46,827 nucleotides of DNA from a virus (Duplodnaviria > Caudoviricetes), in IMG/VR virus record IMGVR_UViG_3300042315_000882, positions 1 through 46,827 of that record; one strand, given 5' to 3'. The notes below the pieces were generated by a model, which did not search any database, was not told where the DNA came from, and worked only from the letters and a program-made list of their open reading frames with translations. The position numbers and the translations under genes were made by a program. This document shows, one piece after another, positions 27,459 through 36,373 of the stretch. The first letter of the stretch is position 1. Each line of letters opens with the position of its first letter.

Positions 27459-28454
27459 ATGGCCGCTTCTCCAACAAGAATTTCAGAATTAACACAAGTA
27501 ACTCCTTTAGGGACCGATCAAATTCCTATAGCGAGAGGGTTTGGAGCTGGGGGACAGACATTGAAAATAACTGTCGATAGTTTAAACAAAAAAAATACTA
27601 CAGATATCGATGAACTTTCAGGCAGAACAATTTCTGTAGTAGATTCTCCGACGATCGATTTAACTTATAATAGCACAACTCGCGAGCTATCTGCTGATCT
27701 ACAAATGTTTTTAGATTTGCGTAGCAGAACAATTTTACTACCAACTTTTATAGAAACTCCTCCAGGAGCCATTATGCCTTTTGCTGGTAAAGCTGCTCCT
27801 GATGGCTGGGTGATTTGTAACGGAGACATTGTTCCAAACGGAGTTGGACCAGTTCAAGGCAGGAATTACAATTTCTCTAGATTGTGGTCGGTGCTGGGAA
27901 CAACTTATGGAACAACTCCAGGAACACTGCCAGACCTCAGAGGCTACTTCGTTAGAGGTTATGGTGGTACAGTAGATCCAAATGTTGGTAACAATGTTGA
28001 TGGTACATTTTCAGGTGCTTTTGGACAAAAAGTTGAAGATTCATTTCAGGGTCACAAACATGGAATATACGATCCACAACATAGACATCAAATTACAGAT
28101 CCTGGCCATGGACATACAGGCTCAGCCGATTCAGCTGGCGCTCACAGACATGGCTTGGAAATGGCAAACGATGAGTCAGTAAGCGGGGTTAAAATTAAAG
28201 AAGGAGAAGGGTTTGTAGATGCGTTTGGTCAAACAGAGGAAGCGGGAGCTCATACGCATACAGTAACAATAGTTTCTAATACAATAGGAATAACTCAGAC
28301 CGAACTTAGCGCTACAAACGTACTTGTGCAAAATCCTACAACAGACTCAGCTAATGCAGGCAGTGGAGCTGGTCCGTCTGCTTCAAGAGCTCCAAGCACA
28401 AGCTTTGAAACCAAGCCAAAGAATATAGCTTTGCTTTATTGTATTAAAGTATAA
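27459..28454 (+). CDS. tail collar fibre protein (gp12-like)
   Basis: PPGAIMPFAG.AAPDGWVICNG...LPDLRGYFVRG collar domain, multiple HxH motifs, ETKPKNIALLYCIK end. Confidence 0.9.
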   Translation: MAASPTRISELTQVTPLGTDQIPIARGFGAGGQTLKITVDSLNKKNTTDIDELSGRTISVVDSPTIDLTYNSTTRELSADLQMFLDLRSRTILLPTFIETPPGAIMPFAGKAAPDGWVICNGDIVPNGVGPVQGRNYNFSRLWSVLGTTYGTTPGTLPDLRGYFVRGYGGTVDPNVGNNVDGTFSGAFGQKVEDSFQGHKHGIYDPQHRHQITDPGHGHTGSADSAGAHRHGLEMANDESVSGVKIKEGEGFVDAFGQTEEAGAHTHTVTIVSNTIGITQTELSATNVLVQNPTTDSANAGSGAGPSASRAPSTSFETKPKNIALLYCIKV

Positions 28455-28904
28455 CTAAATTCCCAACTGTTTTTCAGTTAAAATTACAAAATTCATATTT
28501 CGTTTTGCGCAATACTCTGCAGCACTTTTCCACTTAGCTTGATTTTTAACGTATTCTGCTTGCTGGTAGATTAAGGATTTTGTTTTTCTGTTTTTTTGCA
28601 CAGGAGGCATTGTTTGGGCATGCGGTTTTACCTCAATTAGATATTTTTTAAGTTCTCCACTTTTGTCTTTCATTTTTGCATAAAAGTCTACAAAATATCT
28701 AGAGATTCTTCCTGTTAACGGATTAGCATACGGAATGATTGTTTCCTCGGAAGACCATTCAACTACATTTGGGTTGTGATCTAAAAACTTCATCATCTTG
28801 CATTCCCAAGACGATCTCCAACAAATTTGATTTTTATTCCCTTTATACTTTTCTGGATGGACTAAAGTATAAATTCCTTGACGATATTTAGAGTTTTTCT
28901 TCAT
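28455..28904 (-). CDS. head completion nuclease, T4 gp4-like
   Basis: PEKYKG, RSSWE, WSSE..IIPY, RYFVDF, LIEVKP, NQAKW, ILTE. Confidence 0.93.
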   Translation of the reverse strand: MKKNSKYRQGIYTLVHPEKYKGNKNQICWRSSWECKMMKFLDHNPNVVEWSSEETIIPYANPLTGRISRYFVDFYAKMKDKSGELKKYLIEVKPHAQTMPPVQKNRKTKSLIYQQAEYVKNQAKWKSAAEYCAKRNMNFVILTEKQLGI

Positions 28905-29427
28905 TCAAAATAGAATGAAACAAGGCTTCGAATTTCAAGCCTTCTTCGTATGATTCACCGGTTTCTTGAGGAGCCTCTAAAGTTGTTTCTATTTTCGAAT
29001 AAGCGTCTTGACCAGCCATTTCAATATCATCTGAAGTTAAATTCAGATGCTTCGCTTCAATAAATTGTTTTATTTCGTCCGATTGAGGATCTTCAAATTT
29101 AATCGATTTACTGTGTATGTCATTATTATCCTTAATTGTAGCATAGGAATAATCCACTTCCTCTAAAGTTCTTCCGAGAGCAAAGGTTAGCATTATGTCA
29201 ATGCTATCTTTTTCTGATCTGTAATGATATGTGGCAATTGCTGTATTCCTTGAAGGAAAACGTAAGTTTTTAAACTCGAGATTTGAGCTAACATTCTGAG
29301 AAGATAGAGATTCTTTTACGTTTGCGTGTAAGGCAGCCATGTATTTTTTAATAGGACCTTTTGTGCAACCAACTTTTTTGTTAGTATCTTTTTTATAAAT
29401 GCATTTTTCTTTAGAGTAGTATGGCAT
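28888..29427 (-). CDS. late protein with basic Cys-pair N-terminal module
   Basis: TAAATA-N5-ATG; MPY..C.YKK...KVGC...AALHANVKE. Confidence 0.65.
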   Translation of the reverse strand: MPYYSKEKCIYKKDTNKKVGCTKGPIKKYMAALHANVKESLSSQNVSSNLEFKNLRFPSRNTAIATYHYRSEKDSIDIMLTFALGRTLEEVDYSYATIKDNNDIHSKSIKFEDPQSDEIKQFIEAKHLNLTSDDIEMAGQDAYSKIETTLEAPQETGESYEEGLKFEALFHSILNEEKL

Positions 29428-29443
29428 AATATTATTTAATTTT

Positions 29444-29719
29444 TTACCAATCTTTACAAGCAGCGGCTTGAGGACTACCAGCTTTAGCTGAGGAGCATTT
29501 GTGTCTTGCTCTAAATGCTTTTTTACGTTTAGTGTTTCCAGATTTTCCGGTTACTCTGACTCCTTTTTGTCCCCAATGGATTCTTTTATAAGACCCGTCT
29601 GGTTGTCTTGCACACTTAGTCCACTTCTTTCCTTTACGGTCAGATGAAGTTTTTTTGGTTGGACCGGTACATTTTGATTCTCCAATAAGAACTTGTTCTA
29701 CTAAACTTCGAAAATTCAT
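29444..29719 (-). CDS. basic protein with FRARHKC motif
   Basis: TAAATA-N5-ATG; MNFRSLVEQVLIGE leader; HWG, FRARHKC, C..W end. Confidence 0.75.
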   Translation of the reverse strand: MNFRSLVEQVLIGESKCTGPTKKTSSDRKGKKWTKCARQPDGSYKRIHWGQKGVRVTGKSGNTKRKKAFRARHKCSSAKAGSPQAAACKDW

Positions 29720-29737
29720 AAGTTTATTTAATAAAAT

Positions 29738-30595
29738 TTAACCAATGAAAAATTGAGCAGGTGTATTATCTTGATAACTATTCATCAATTCCTGCTCGAG
29801 AGTTTCTTTTTCTTTTATACCTTCAGCTAACAGTCCTGAGTTTACTGATCCGCCACCAAACAAATTAGTACCTGTATATTTTTCCCGAACTCTAGCAATA
29901 GCAATTTTTACAAGAGCTAATGCGTATTTCTGGACCCATCTTTCTCGTATTACGTCTTTAATTGGACGTTCAATGTAACAACCAACTACTCCTAAAAATG
30001 TGTGATTGCTTTTTGGTTCAGGAATAATTCTTAAAGTTTGGGTTCTTGGATCAAATCTAAATTGAGGAGTCATTGCAAGGACTTTATTTCTCGTGTCTAT
30101 AAAGCCTTTCAATACTTCCCATGTCACCAAATCAAATCCAAAATTACCAACCATATAACTGGAATAAATTTGTTGAGCCATTGCTTGTTCAAGAGTAAAC
30201 AGCGTGTTAATTCCAGTATCTTCTCCTTTTGAGAATTCAAAACAATCCACGACTTTTCTCTGTGAAGCTAAATCGTAATCATATCCCGTAGATAAACCAG
30301 GCACTACGCTAGTTCTCATTTCATGAGTTTTGGTACACAGGTCATCCACCTTAATTCCAACTCCGGGAGTGTATAACTTAGAATCAAATACCAAATACTC
30401 TTCCGTATAACCAGCCCACTTCGTAAAATATTCAATTGCGTCCGTTATACAATCATAAACTTGCTCGTCCGAAACTTCTAAATTTATTAAAGGAGCTCCG
30501 AGCTGATGTTGTATTCTTATTGAAAGACCTTCATATGAAGTAACACTTGGATTAAATGTAGTGCCTCCTCTATAGCCAGCTGGTATAACGCTCAT
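29738..30595 (-). CDS. neck protein, T4 gp13-like
   Basis: LGAPLINLEVSDEQV.DCI.DAIEYF, WVQKYALAL.K, KY.G.L.GG..N. Confidence 0.9.
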   Translation of the reverse strand: MSVIPAGYRGGTTFNPSVTSYEGLSIRIQHQLGAPLINLEVSDEQVYDCITDAIEYFTKWAGYTEEYLVFDSKLYTPGVGIKVDDLCTKTHEMRTSVVPGLSTGYDYDLASQRKVVDCFEFSKGEDTGINTLFTLEQAMAQQIYSSYMVGNFGFDLVTWEVLKGFIDTRNKVLAMTPQFRFDPRTQTLRIIPEPKSNHTFLGVVGCYIERPIKDVIRERWVQKYALALVKIAIARVREKYTGTNLFGGGSVNSGLLAEGIKEKETLEQELMNSYQDNTPAQFFIG

Positions 30596-30607
30596 ATTGG
30601 TATTTAA

Positions 30608-32503
30608 TTAGACTACCGGTGTTTCTGGAGTAGCTGGCGATCCTCCAGCTCCGGCTCCTGCAGAAGTTTCTGGTGGAGCTCCACTCGCTTCAGTTCCCCC
30701 TGTTGCTGGAGAAGTTTCACTAGTTTCTGTTCCTCCTTCTGATCCAAATTCAGGAATTGCAGAATCCCCTCCTCCACCACCTCCACCTAGAGAAGGAGGA
30801 GCTCCTCCTTCTTCAGCTTCTCCTCCAGCTATTTGTTGTTGAGCAGCCAACTGTTCTCTAAAGTTTGGACCCATTTCTACAATTTTTGCTATTTCCCAAG
30901 TAAGAGCAGCATCTTTGCGTTGCCATTCTCTATTTTCATGCATTTGATCTGCAGACCAATCAAGATAATGTTTTTGAGCATATGATTTGGATATTGCTTC
31001 TGATTGTGTTGCGGTATTGTAATTGTCAAACTTCATTTGAAGCAATTGCTGATTACGCATTGCCATAAAAGAAGTTGGTTCGTTAAATCGTACTTTAATT
31101 GCTTGGTCTCTAAGTTTGTATTCCGACCAAAGACCTTTTAGTTTCAAGTGAGTAATAAAAGATTCCTTAATGCCCATTGCAAACTGAGCTTGCAATCTCA
31201 TTATAAATCTAGCAAATCTCAATTCATCTCTAGTAATTTCAGCTCCGTCTTTAAACGGATCTCCGGGAGTTAGGAATCTTGAAGTCGGAACTTTTAAGCT
31301 TTTATAAAGCTTTGCTAAAAAATAATCTAAGTCTTTAATTTCTCCTAAGTTGCTGGATGTCTGCAACGGAGTCACGTCTGTTCCTTTTCCTGATGCATCA
31401 ACAGGAAACCAATACGAATCCAACATTGATTGAGGATCGTAAATGTTTGTTACTCGACCTTCTGCTCCATTGTAAGTTTTCTTTGACCAATATTTCATCA
31501 TCAAAGATTTGATGTATGATTCTGCTTTTGGTGCAGGCATATTGCCTGTATATACTTTAAATACGAGTCTTTCCGGAGCTCTTACTAAACGATATATGAC
31601 GACTGAATCTTCAATTAAAGAAAGCTGCCTATAGGCTCTTTTTGCATTTTCAATAAAAGGTAATTTAAATGTTTTAAACTCATTCCAAAGACCAGAATGA
31701 ATATAAGAGACTTGAGCCTTTTGCAAAAACATTAATTGTTGTTGATCTTCCGTATTAAGAGAATTTGTTGGGCCAACAATTGGCTTTTGTAAAAGAAATC
31801 CTTTTAACAACTCATTTTGAACATTGTGAAATACAGGATTGACTAACTCTGTTGGAATAGAAATCAAACCAATAACACCTAAATGTTCTTTTCCTTCTTT
31901 AACCAAATTTTCAAAAAACAATTCTCCTTCAATAAGCATTTGCCTAAACTTTTCCCATCCCGTGTTTTCTAAATCAAAAATTTCTATAAATTTTTGAAAT
32001 TCTTTTTTCAGTTCATCTTGAATTGTTTTAGAAAAATTTCCTGTTAAATCAAAATCAACAATTTCTCCTTTGTCATTTTTAACAATGCATTCGTCGCAGA
32101 TCTCATCCAAACAATCAGCCAGTTCAGCATAGGCAGCCATTCTTCTGTAGTCCATTAATCGACGGCCTTTGTCTTTATCTAAAGAAGCATAAACAAATGC
32201 TTGATAGTCCTTGTTTACTGAAAACGAACCAGGAGTTCCGGTTGAATAGTTGTCTATGTCAGGCTGAGACAAGAACACCGATTGGTCTTGAAGCATGTCG
32301 TCTCGGAGTGATGCTTGTTTCTTAAAGGTATAAAATTTTGGATTATTTTTTACCATTGCATCTACAATTTGATATGCAAATGGCAAACGACTGACAAAAG
32401 AACTCAAGAGAGGACTTTGAGGCATTCCTGGAGATTGTCGAGCGTTTGATGCATTTCCGCTCGGAGGCACCCCTCCGTTATTTGTATAAGGTCTGTAGAT
32501 CAC
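30608..32503 (-). CDS. portal protein, T4 gp20-like
   Basis: YRRMA, EDSVVIYRLVRAPERLVF, GNMPAPKAESY, SLKVPTSR, EITRDELRFARF; GTG start. Confidence 0.96.
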   Translation of the reverse strand: MIYRPYTNNGGVPPSGNASNARQSPGMPQSPLLSSFVSRLPFAYQIVDAMVKNNPKFYTFKKQASLRDDMLQDQSVFLSQPDIDNYSTGTPGSFSVNKDYQAFVYASLDKDKGRRLMDYRRMAAYAELADCLDEICDECIVKNDKGEIVDFDLTGNFSKTIQDELKKEFQKFIEIFDLENTGWEKFRQMLIEGELFFENLVKEGKEHLGVIGLISIPTELVNPVFHNVQNELLKGFLLQKPIVGPTNSLNTEDQQQLMFLQKAQVSYIHSGLWNEFKTFKLPFIENAKRAYRQLSLIEDSVVIYRLVRAPERLVFKVYTGNMPAPKAESYIKSLMMKYWSKKTYNGAEGRVTNIYDPQSMLDSYWFPVDASGKGTDVTPLQTSSNLGEIKDLDYFLAKLYKSLKVPTSRFLTPGDPFKDGAEITRDELRFARFIMRLQAQFAMGIKESFITHLKLKGLWSEYKLRDQAIKVRFNEPTSFMAMRNQQLLQMKFDNYNTATQSEAISKSYAQKHYLDWSADQMHENREWQRKDAALTWEIAKIVEMGPNFREQLAAQQQIAGGEAEEGGAPPSLGGGGGGGDSAIPEFGSEGGTETSETSPATGGTEASGAPPETSAGAGAGGSPATPETPVV

Positions 32504-32508
32504 GGTAT

Positions 32509-32514
32509 TATTTA
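32509..32514 (-). promoter_or_regulatory. late promoter TAAATA 5 nt before portal GTG (representative of about 20 copies)
   Basis: CATAAATAATACCGTG on the minus strand; resembles T4 late TATAAATA. Confidence 0.75.
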
Positions 32515-32523
32515 TGAGAGTTG

Positions 32524-32551
32524 TTGTTAATGATCAAATTTAGATTAAACT
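32524..32551 (+). promoter_or_regulatory. sigma70-like promoter TTGTTA-N16-TAAACT
   Basis: GTG 32558 lies 6 nt after the -10 box. Confidence 0.5.
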
Positions 32552-32557
32552 AATTAT

Positions 32558-32875
32558 GTGTTTGAAATAAAAAAAGGTTCTAAAATTAAACCAACCGAAA
32601 AAGGGTTTTATGCGTGGACGAGTTTGTATGCAGGTTCGTTTTTATTATATGTAGAAGAATTACGAGATTACTACAAGTTTGTTTTTTTGCCTGGTCCAAA
32701 TTACATGAATTTAACTCATGAGACGTTTCAAAGTTGTATAGCTACAAAAACCTTGGAGTACGTGGAAACTGTTCCAGATGACGTTTTTAACGAAACTATA
32801 AAACTAACAGAAAAAAGTGTTGCTTTGTCCTCCCCAATATTGGATAGTTCCATTGATGAAAAAAACGCAACATAA
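32558..32875 (+). CDS. hypothetical protein
   Basis: 105 aa ORF, GTG start. Confidence 0.65.
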   Translation: MFEIKKGSKIKPTEKGFYAWTSLYAGSFLLYVEELRDYYKFVFLPGPNYMNLTHETFQSCIATKTLEYVETVPDDVFNETIKLTEKSVALSSPILDSSIDEKNAT

Positions 32876-33086
32876 TAAAACAACTGTAAACATCGACGGC
32901 ATGGATTTGTATGCTCTTTGTCGTTGGGCCTCACTTAAGGAAGCTATTGATATCGTAGCTGATAAATGCGATGACAGAAAACTCGATTTCAACACTTTTG
33001 ATATGAAACCTGCAGAACTCTTGCATTACGTTGATTCAATGACTGATGATTTGTATTATAAAGTTATGAATGAAGAAAAAGCATAA
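32856..33086 (+). CDS. hypothetical protein
   Basis: Start set at ATG 32856; LCRWASLKEA motif. Confidence 0.6.
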   Translation: MKKTQHNKTTVNIDGMDLYALCRWASLKEAIDIVADKCDDRKLDFNTFDMKPAELLHYVDSMTDDLYYKVMNEEKA

Positions 33087-33096
33087 ATATAAGAAA

Positions 33097-33540
33097 ATGA
33101 ATAACCTTACAGTACGACTTTTATTAATTTCTTTAGCTGTTACATTTATAATTTCTGCTCTATTTGGGTTTGCTGGCAGCTCAATAATCGGAACTTTTTG
33201 GGGTTGGTTTTGGGTATCTCTGTTAGTGCAAGTTATAGTATTCAGTATAACTAATTCATATTTAATACAACGAGATACAGCAATTTTTGAGCAACAAGAA
33301 TTGGAGGCTTTGGATAAATTTTCTAAGTTTACAGTTAAATTGTCTTGTGCTTATTGCCAACAGTCAAACACGACACCCATTTATCTCAATGAAAGGAACA
33401 CATTTAAGTGCGAAAGTTGCAATCAAGCCAATGGTGTTTCTATGCAATTTATGGCTACAACGTTGACTAGTCCTATCCAATCAGTGAAGATTCCTATAGA
33501 GAATTCGACGGATACAGTTGAATTCAAAGTAACCCAATGA
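33097..33540 (+). CDS. two-TM membrane protein with C-terminal zinc ribbon
   Basis: Two hydrophobic segments then CAYC...CESC; TAAATA-N7-ATG 33097. Confidence 0.7.
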   Translation: MNNLTVRLLLISLAVTFIISALFGFAGSSIIGTFWGWFWVSLLVQVIVFSITNSYLIQRDTAIFEQQELEALDKFSKFTVKLSCAYCQQSNTTPIYLNERNTFKCESCNQANGVSMQFMATTLTSPIQSVKIPIENSTDTVEFKVTQ

Positions 33541-33740
33541 AAAATACACTAAAACAATCAGTCTTATATTACGAGGATCTCTTACAACAAAAAGAATTTA
33601 GTTTGGAGGATTGGCGAAAAGCAAAACGAAAACGTTCAGTACGTTTTTTTATAAATTCTACGAAATTTGCAATTAAGACTTTTATTGAAGAGAAATTTTG
33701 GCAAACCAAACGCTTCTTGGGTTGTTTGTCTAATAAATAA
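33537..33740 (+). CDS. small basic hypothetical protein
   Basis: ATGA overlap, fills gap. Confidence 0.5.
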   Translation: MKNTLKQSVLYYEDLLQQKEFSLEDWRKAKRKRSVRFFINSTKFAIKTFIEEKFWQTKRFLGCLSNK

Positions 33741-33745
33741 GATTC

Positions 33746-34228
33746 ATGGTAAATTTTGTTGAATTATGCGAATCTGTTATAAATGAGTTTTTAGCGCGAG
33801 AATCTTCATTTTTAATTGAAGCTGAAACTGAACATTTTCCTCGAATAGCTAAAGAGGCAGAAAATGCAAAAAAAGCAAAACTAACCAGCTCAAATCCTGC
33901 AGAAAAAGCTGTTGCTGAAAAAAAACTTAAAGAACTTCAAGCCCAATTAATAAAGGCTTTAAATTACGGAACTCGAGACGAATACATGATAAAATCGAAT
34001 GATGAACTTGAGCCTCTTATTCATGAAATAGCTCACCAACCTGGTCCATTCGATCTTTCAGGCTTAGCTAATTTGAAACCCTCTGTTATTGGAGATTACC
34101 TTGAACAAGGTTTTGCAAGAACAAGTCAAGCCAATGGTTTTGATAAATTATTTGCAAGCCTAAAAAGCAAAGGCAAAAACATATTTCAAGCTTTATCTCA
34201 CAAACGAAAAACAGGAAAATATCAATGA
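33746..34228 (+). CDS. late protein, probable head-internal
   Basis: TAAATA-N6-ATG; MVNFVELCESVINE leader. Confidence 0.65.
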   Translation: MVNFVELCESVINEFLARESSFLIEAETEHFPRIAKEAENAKKAKLTSSNPAEKAVAEKKLKELQAQLIKALNYGTRDEYMIKSNDELEPLIHEIAHQPGPFDLSGLANLKPSVIGDYLEQGFARTSQANGFDKLFASLKSKGKNIFQALSHKRKTGKYQ

Positions 34229-34512
34229 ACTCAATTTCTGATTATAATATTTTTAATTCGGTCAATCCCGATACACTAACTCCCAAAGAAAAGAAGCCAA
34301 TGCCTTTTCCTTTAGAAAATTTTGATCAAGATATCAGCAATGCATACCAATTGCTTGATCGTATTTTAGGAAAAATACAAGCAGCTCAGCAAAACCCAGT
34401 TAATGATACTCCTGCTAGAAAACGTAAACTCAAATCTATAAAATATAAAGCCAAAAGTTGCATGCAAATGGTTAGAGAAATATCCACTTCTTGCGCTGAT
34501 TTGTGGTATTGA
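34225..34512 (+). CDS. hypothetical protein
   Basis: ATGA overlap; PMPFPLE motif. Confidence 0.65.
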   Translation: MNSISDYNIFNSVNPDTLTPKEKKPMPFPLENFDQDISNAYQLLDRILGKIQAAQQNPVNDTPARKRKLKSIKYKAKSCMQMVREISTSCADLWY

Positions 34513-34552
34513 TTTGTTGATTTATTTTCAAAAAACGGTTAAATGATACGGT

Positions 34553-34816
34553 ATGCAACCAACCATTTATCACGTACGTCCCGATCAAGTAGGAGGAGAA
34601 GATCTCCAGGAATTCTTACGTAAACAAATTACAAAGCAATTTGAAGGGAAAGATTATTACATAACTAAGGAGCTGATAGAAGAAAAGCCCACTAATTATT
34701 CTAAAACTCCTCGAAAATTAAGAGGATTTATGATTAACGAATCGAACAGTCTGGGCCATGCAATTTGGTTTGATGTAACAGAGTGTTCAGCTGGTATTAA
34801 TTGGATGGGCCGATGA
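34553..34816 (+). CDS. hypothetical protein
   Basis: 87 aa ORF after TTGATT...TAAAT promoter-like sequence (34517-34545). Confidence 0.65.
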   Translation: MQPTIYHVRPDQVGGEDLQEFLRKQITKQFEGKDYYITKELIEEKPTNYSKTPRKLRGFMINESNSLGHAIWFDVTECSAGINWMGR

Positions 34817-35130
34817 ACACAAACGTTTTTATTGATCGAGCTTCAGCTACTCTTAAAGAAGCAGCGAAGACAATGCACGAACGAGGCTCCCAGTATGCAG
34901 ATACTTGGGGAGAAGATGGTTGCTGGCACTTAACTCGGTCGATTGTTAAAAAATATACAGACAAAGAATTAAGAGACGAACAAATTAAAGCTATTGCTTT
35001 GGCTTCATTTATCGATCAAAAATATTCTAGGTTTGCTGGAGGATATAAACACGATACTGCTATCGATTTAATTCCTTACTTGGGGGCTTTGGCTGAAACG
35101 GTTAACCAAGAAAACCGTTCTCATGTCTGA
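34813..35130 (+). CDS. all-alpha NTP pyrophosphohydrolase-like / nucleotide-modification-associated domain (DUF1599/DUF6378-like)
   Basis: ERGSQYADTW ... KYSRF ... DTAIDLIPY; start ATG 34813 (ATGA overlap). Confidence 0.55.
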   Translation: MNTNVFIDRASATLKEAAKTMHERGSQYADTWGEDGCWHLTRSIVKKYTDKELRDEQIKAIALASFIDQKYSRFAGGYKHDTAIDLIPYLGALAETVNQENRSHV

Positions 35131-36364
35131 GAAAATTTTTATACAAATAGCTTCTTATCGGGATCCAGAATTAGTTCCAACGATTGAAGATTGTATTGCT
35201 AAATCCAAAAATCCACAAAATTTGAGATTTTGCATTGCGTGGCAGCATAGCGATACTGAAAATTTAGACAAATACAAGACAGATCCTAGATTTAAAATTT
35301 TAGATATTCCGTATGCTTTATCAAAAGGAGCTTGCTGGGCAAGAAATCTTATTCAACAAAATTATAATGAAGAAGAATATACCCTACAACTTGACAGTCA
35401 CCATCGTTTTGTAGAGAATTGGGACCAACTATGCATTAACACAATTAAAGAATTGCAGTCTAAAGGACACAAAAAACCCCTATTGACTACCTACGCTCCA
35501 AGCTACGATCCTGATAACGATCCGAATGCGCGAATCCAAGTTCCCTGGCAAATGAATTTCGACAGATTTATTCCTGAAGGAGCGGTCTTTTTTTTACCAG
35601 CTTCGATACCAAATTATCAGCAATTGACTGATCCAATTCCTGCAAGGTTTTATTCCGCTCATTTTTGTTTTACTCTTGGTCAATTTTGTAAAGAAGTTCC
35701 TCATGATCCTGAATATTATTTTCACGGAGAGGAGATCTCAATTGCGGTGAGAGCATACACATGGGGATATGATTTATTCCACCCCCACAAAGTCATTGTG
35801 TGGCACGAATACACCCGCAAAAATAGAACTAAGCACTGGGATGACGATAAAAACTGGGGAGAAAAAAATTCAAAAAGCCATTTAAAAAACAGAATATTGT
35901 TTAATATGGAAAATGAAAACCAAAACGTCAAATTCAGCATTTACGGATTTGGGGATCAACGAACTTTGCAAGATTATGAAGCATATGCAGGAATTTCTTT
36001 CAGCAAGAGAGCGGTACAAAAATATACCGTTGATCACAACACTCCTCCAAATCCTGTATATAAAACAGACAAGGAATTTGAGGATTCTTTTTTAAAAATT
36101 TTTAAGCACAGCATTCCAGTTCACAAAAGTGTATTGCCAAAAGCCGAATGTGATTTTTGGGCTGTAATATTAGAAGATGAGACAGGGAATTGTTTGTACA
36201 GAAAAGATTTAACCTCTACGGAATGCAAGAGACTTATACAAACAGCTGATGAATTTGTCAATATATGGGTAGAGTTTAATACGGACATTCATCCTCATAA
36301 GTGGATTGTATGGCCACACGCTAAAGTTGACGGTTGGTTGGAAAGAATCGAACAATTCATTTGA
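35123..36364 (+). CDS. GT60-like N-acetylglucosaminyltransferase (Gnt1/Skp1-type)
   Basis: IFIQIASYRDPE, GACWAR, LQLDSHHRF, FHGEEI..AVRAYTWGYD, WHEY. Confidence 0.85.
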   Translation: MSEKIFIQIASYRDPELVPTIEDCIAKSKNPQNLRFCIAWQHSDTENLDKYKTDPRFKILDIPYALSKGACWARNLIQQNYNEEEYTLQLDSHHRFVENWDQLCINTIKELQSKGHKKPLLTTYAPSYDPDNDPNARIQVPWQMNFDRFIPEGAVFFLPASIPNYQQLTDPIPARFYSAHFCFTLGQFCKEVPHDPEYYFHGEEISIAVRAYTWGYDLFHPHKVIVWHEYTRKNRTKHWDDDKNWGEKNSKSHLKNRILFNMENENQNVKFSIYGFGDQRTLQDYEAYAGISFSKRAVQKYTVDHNTPPNPVYKTDKEFEDSFLKIFKHSIPVHKSVLPKAECDFWAVILEDETGNCLYRKDLTSTECKRLIQTADEFVNIWVEFNTDIHPHKWIVWPHAKVDGWLERIEQFI

Positions 36365-36373
36365 ACAAAATAT

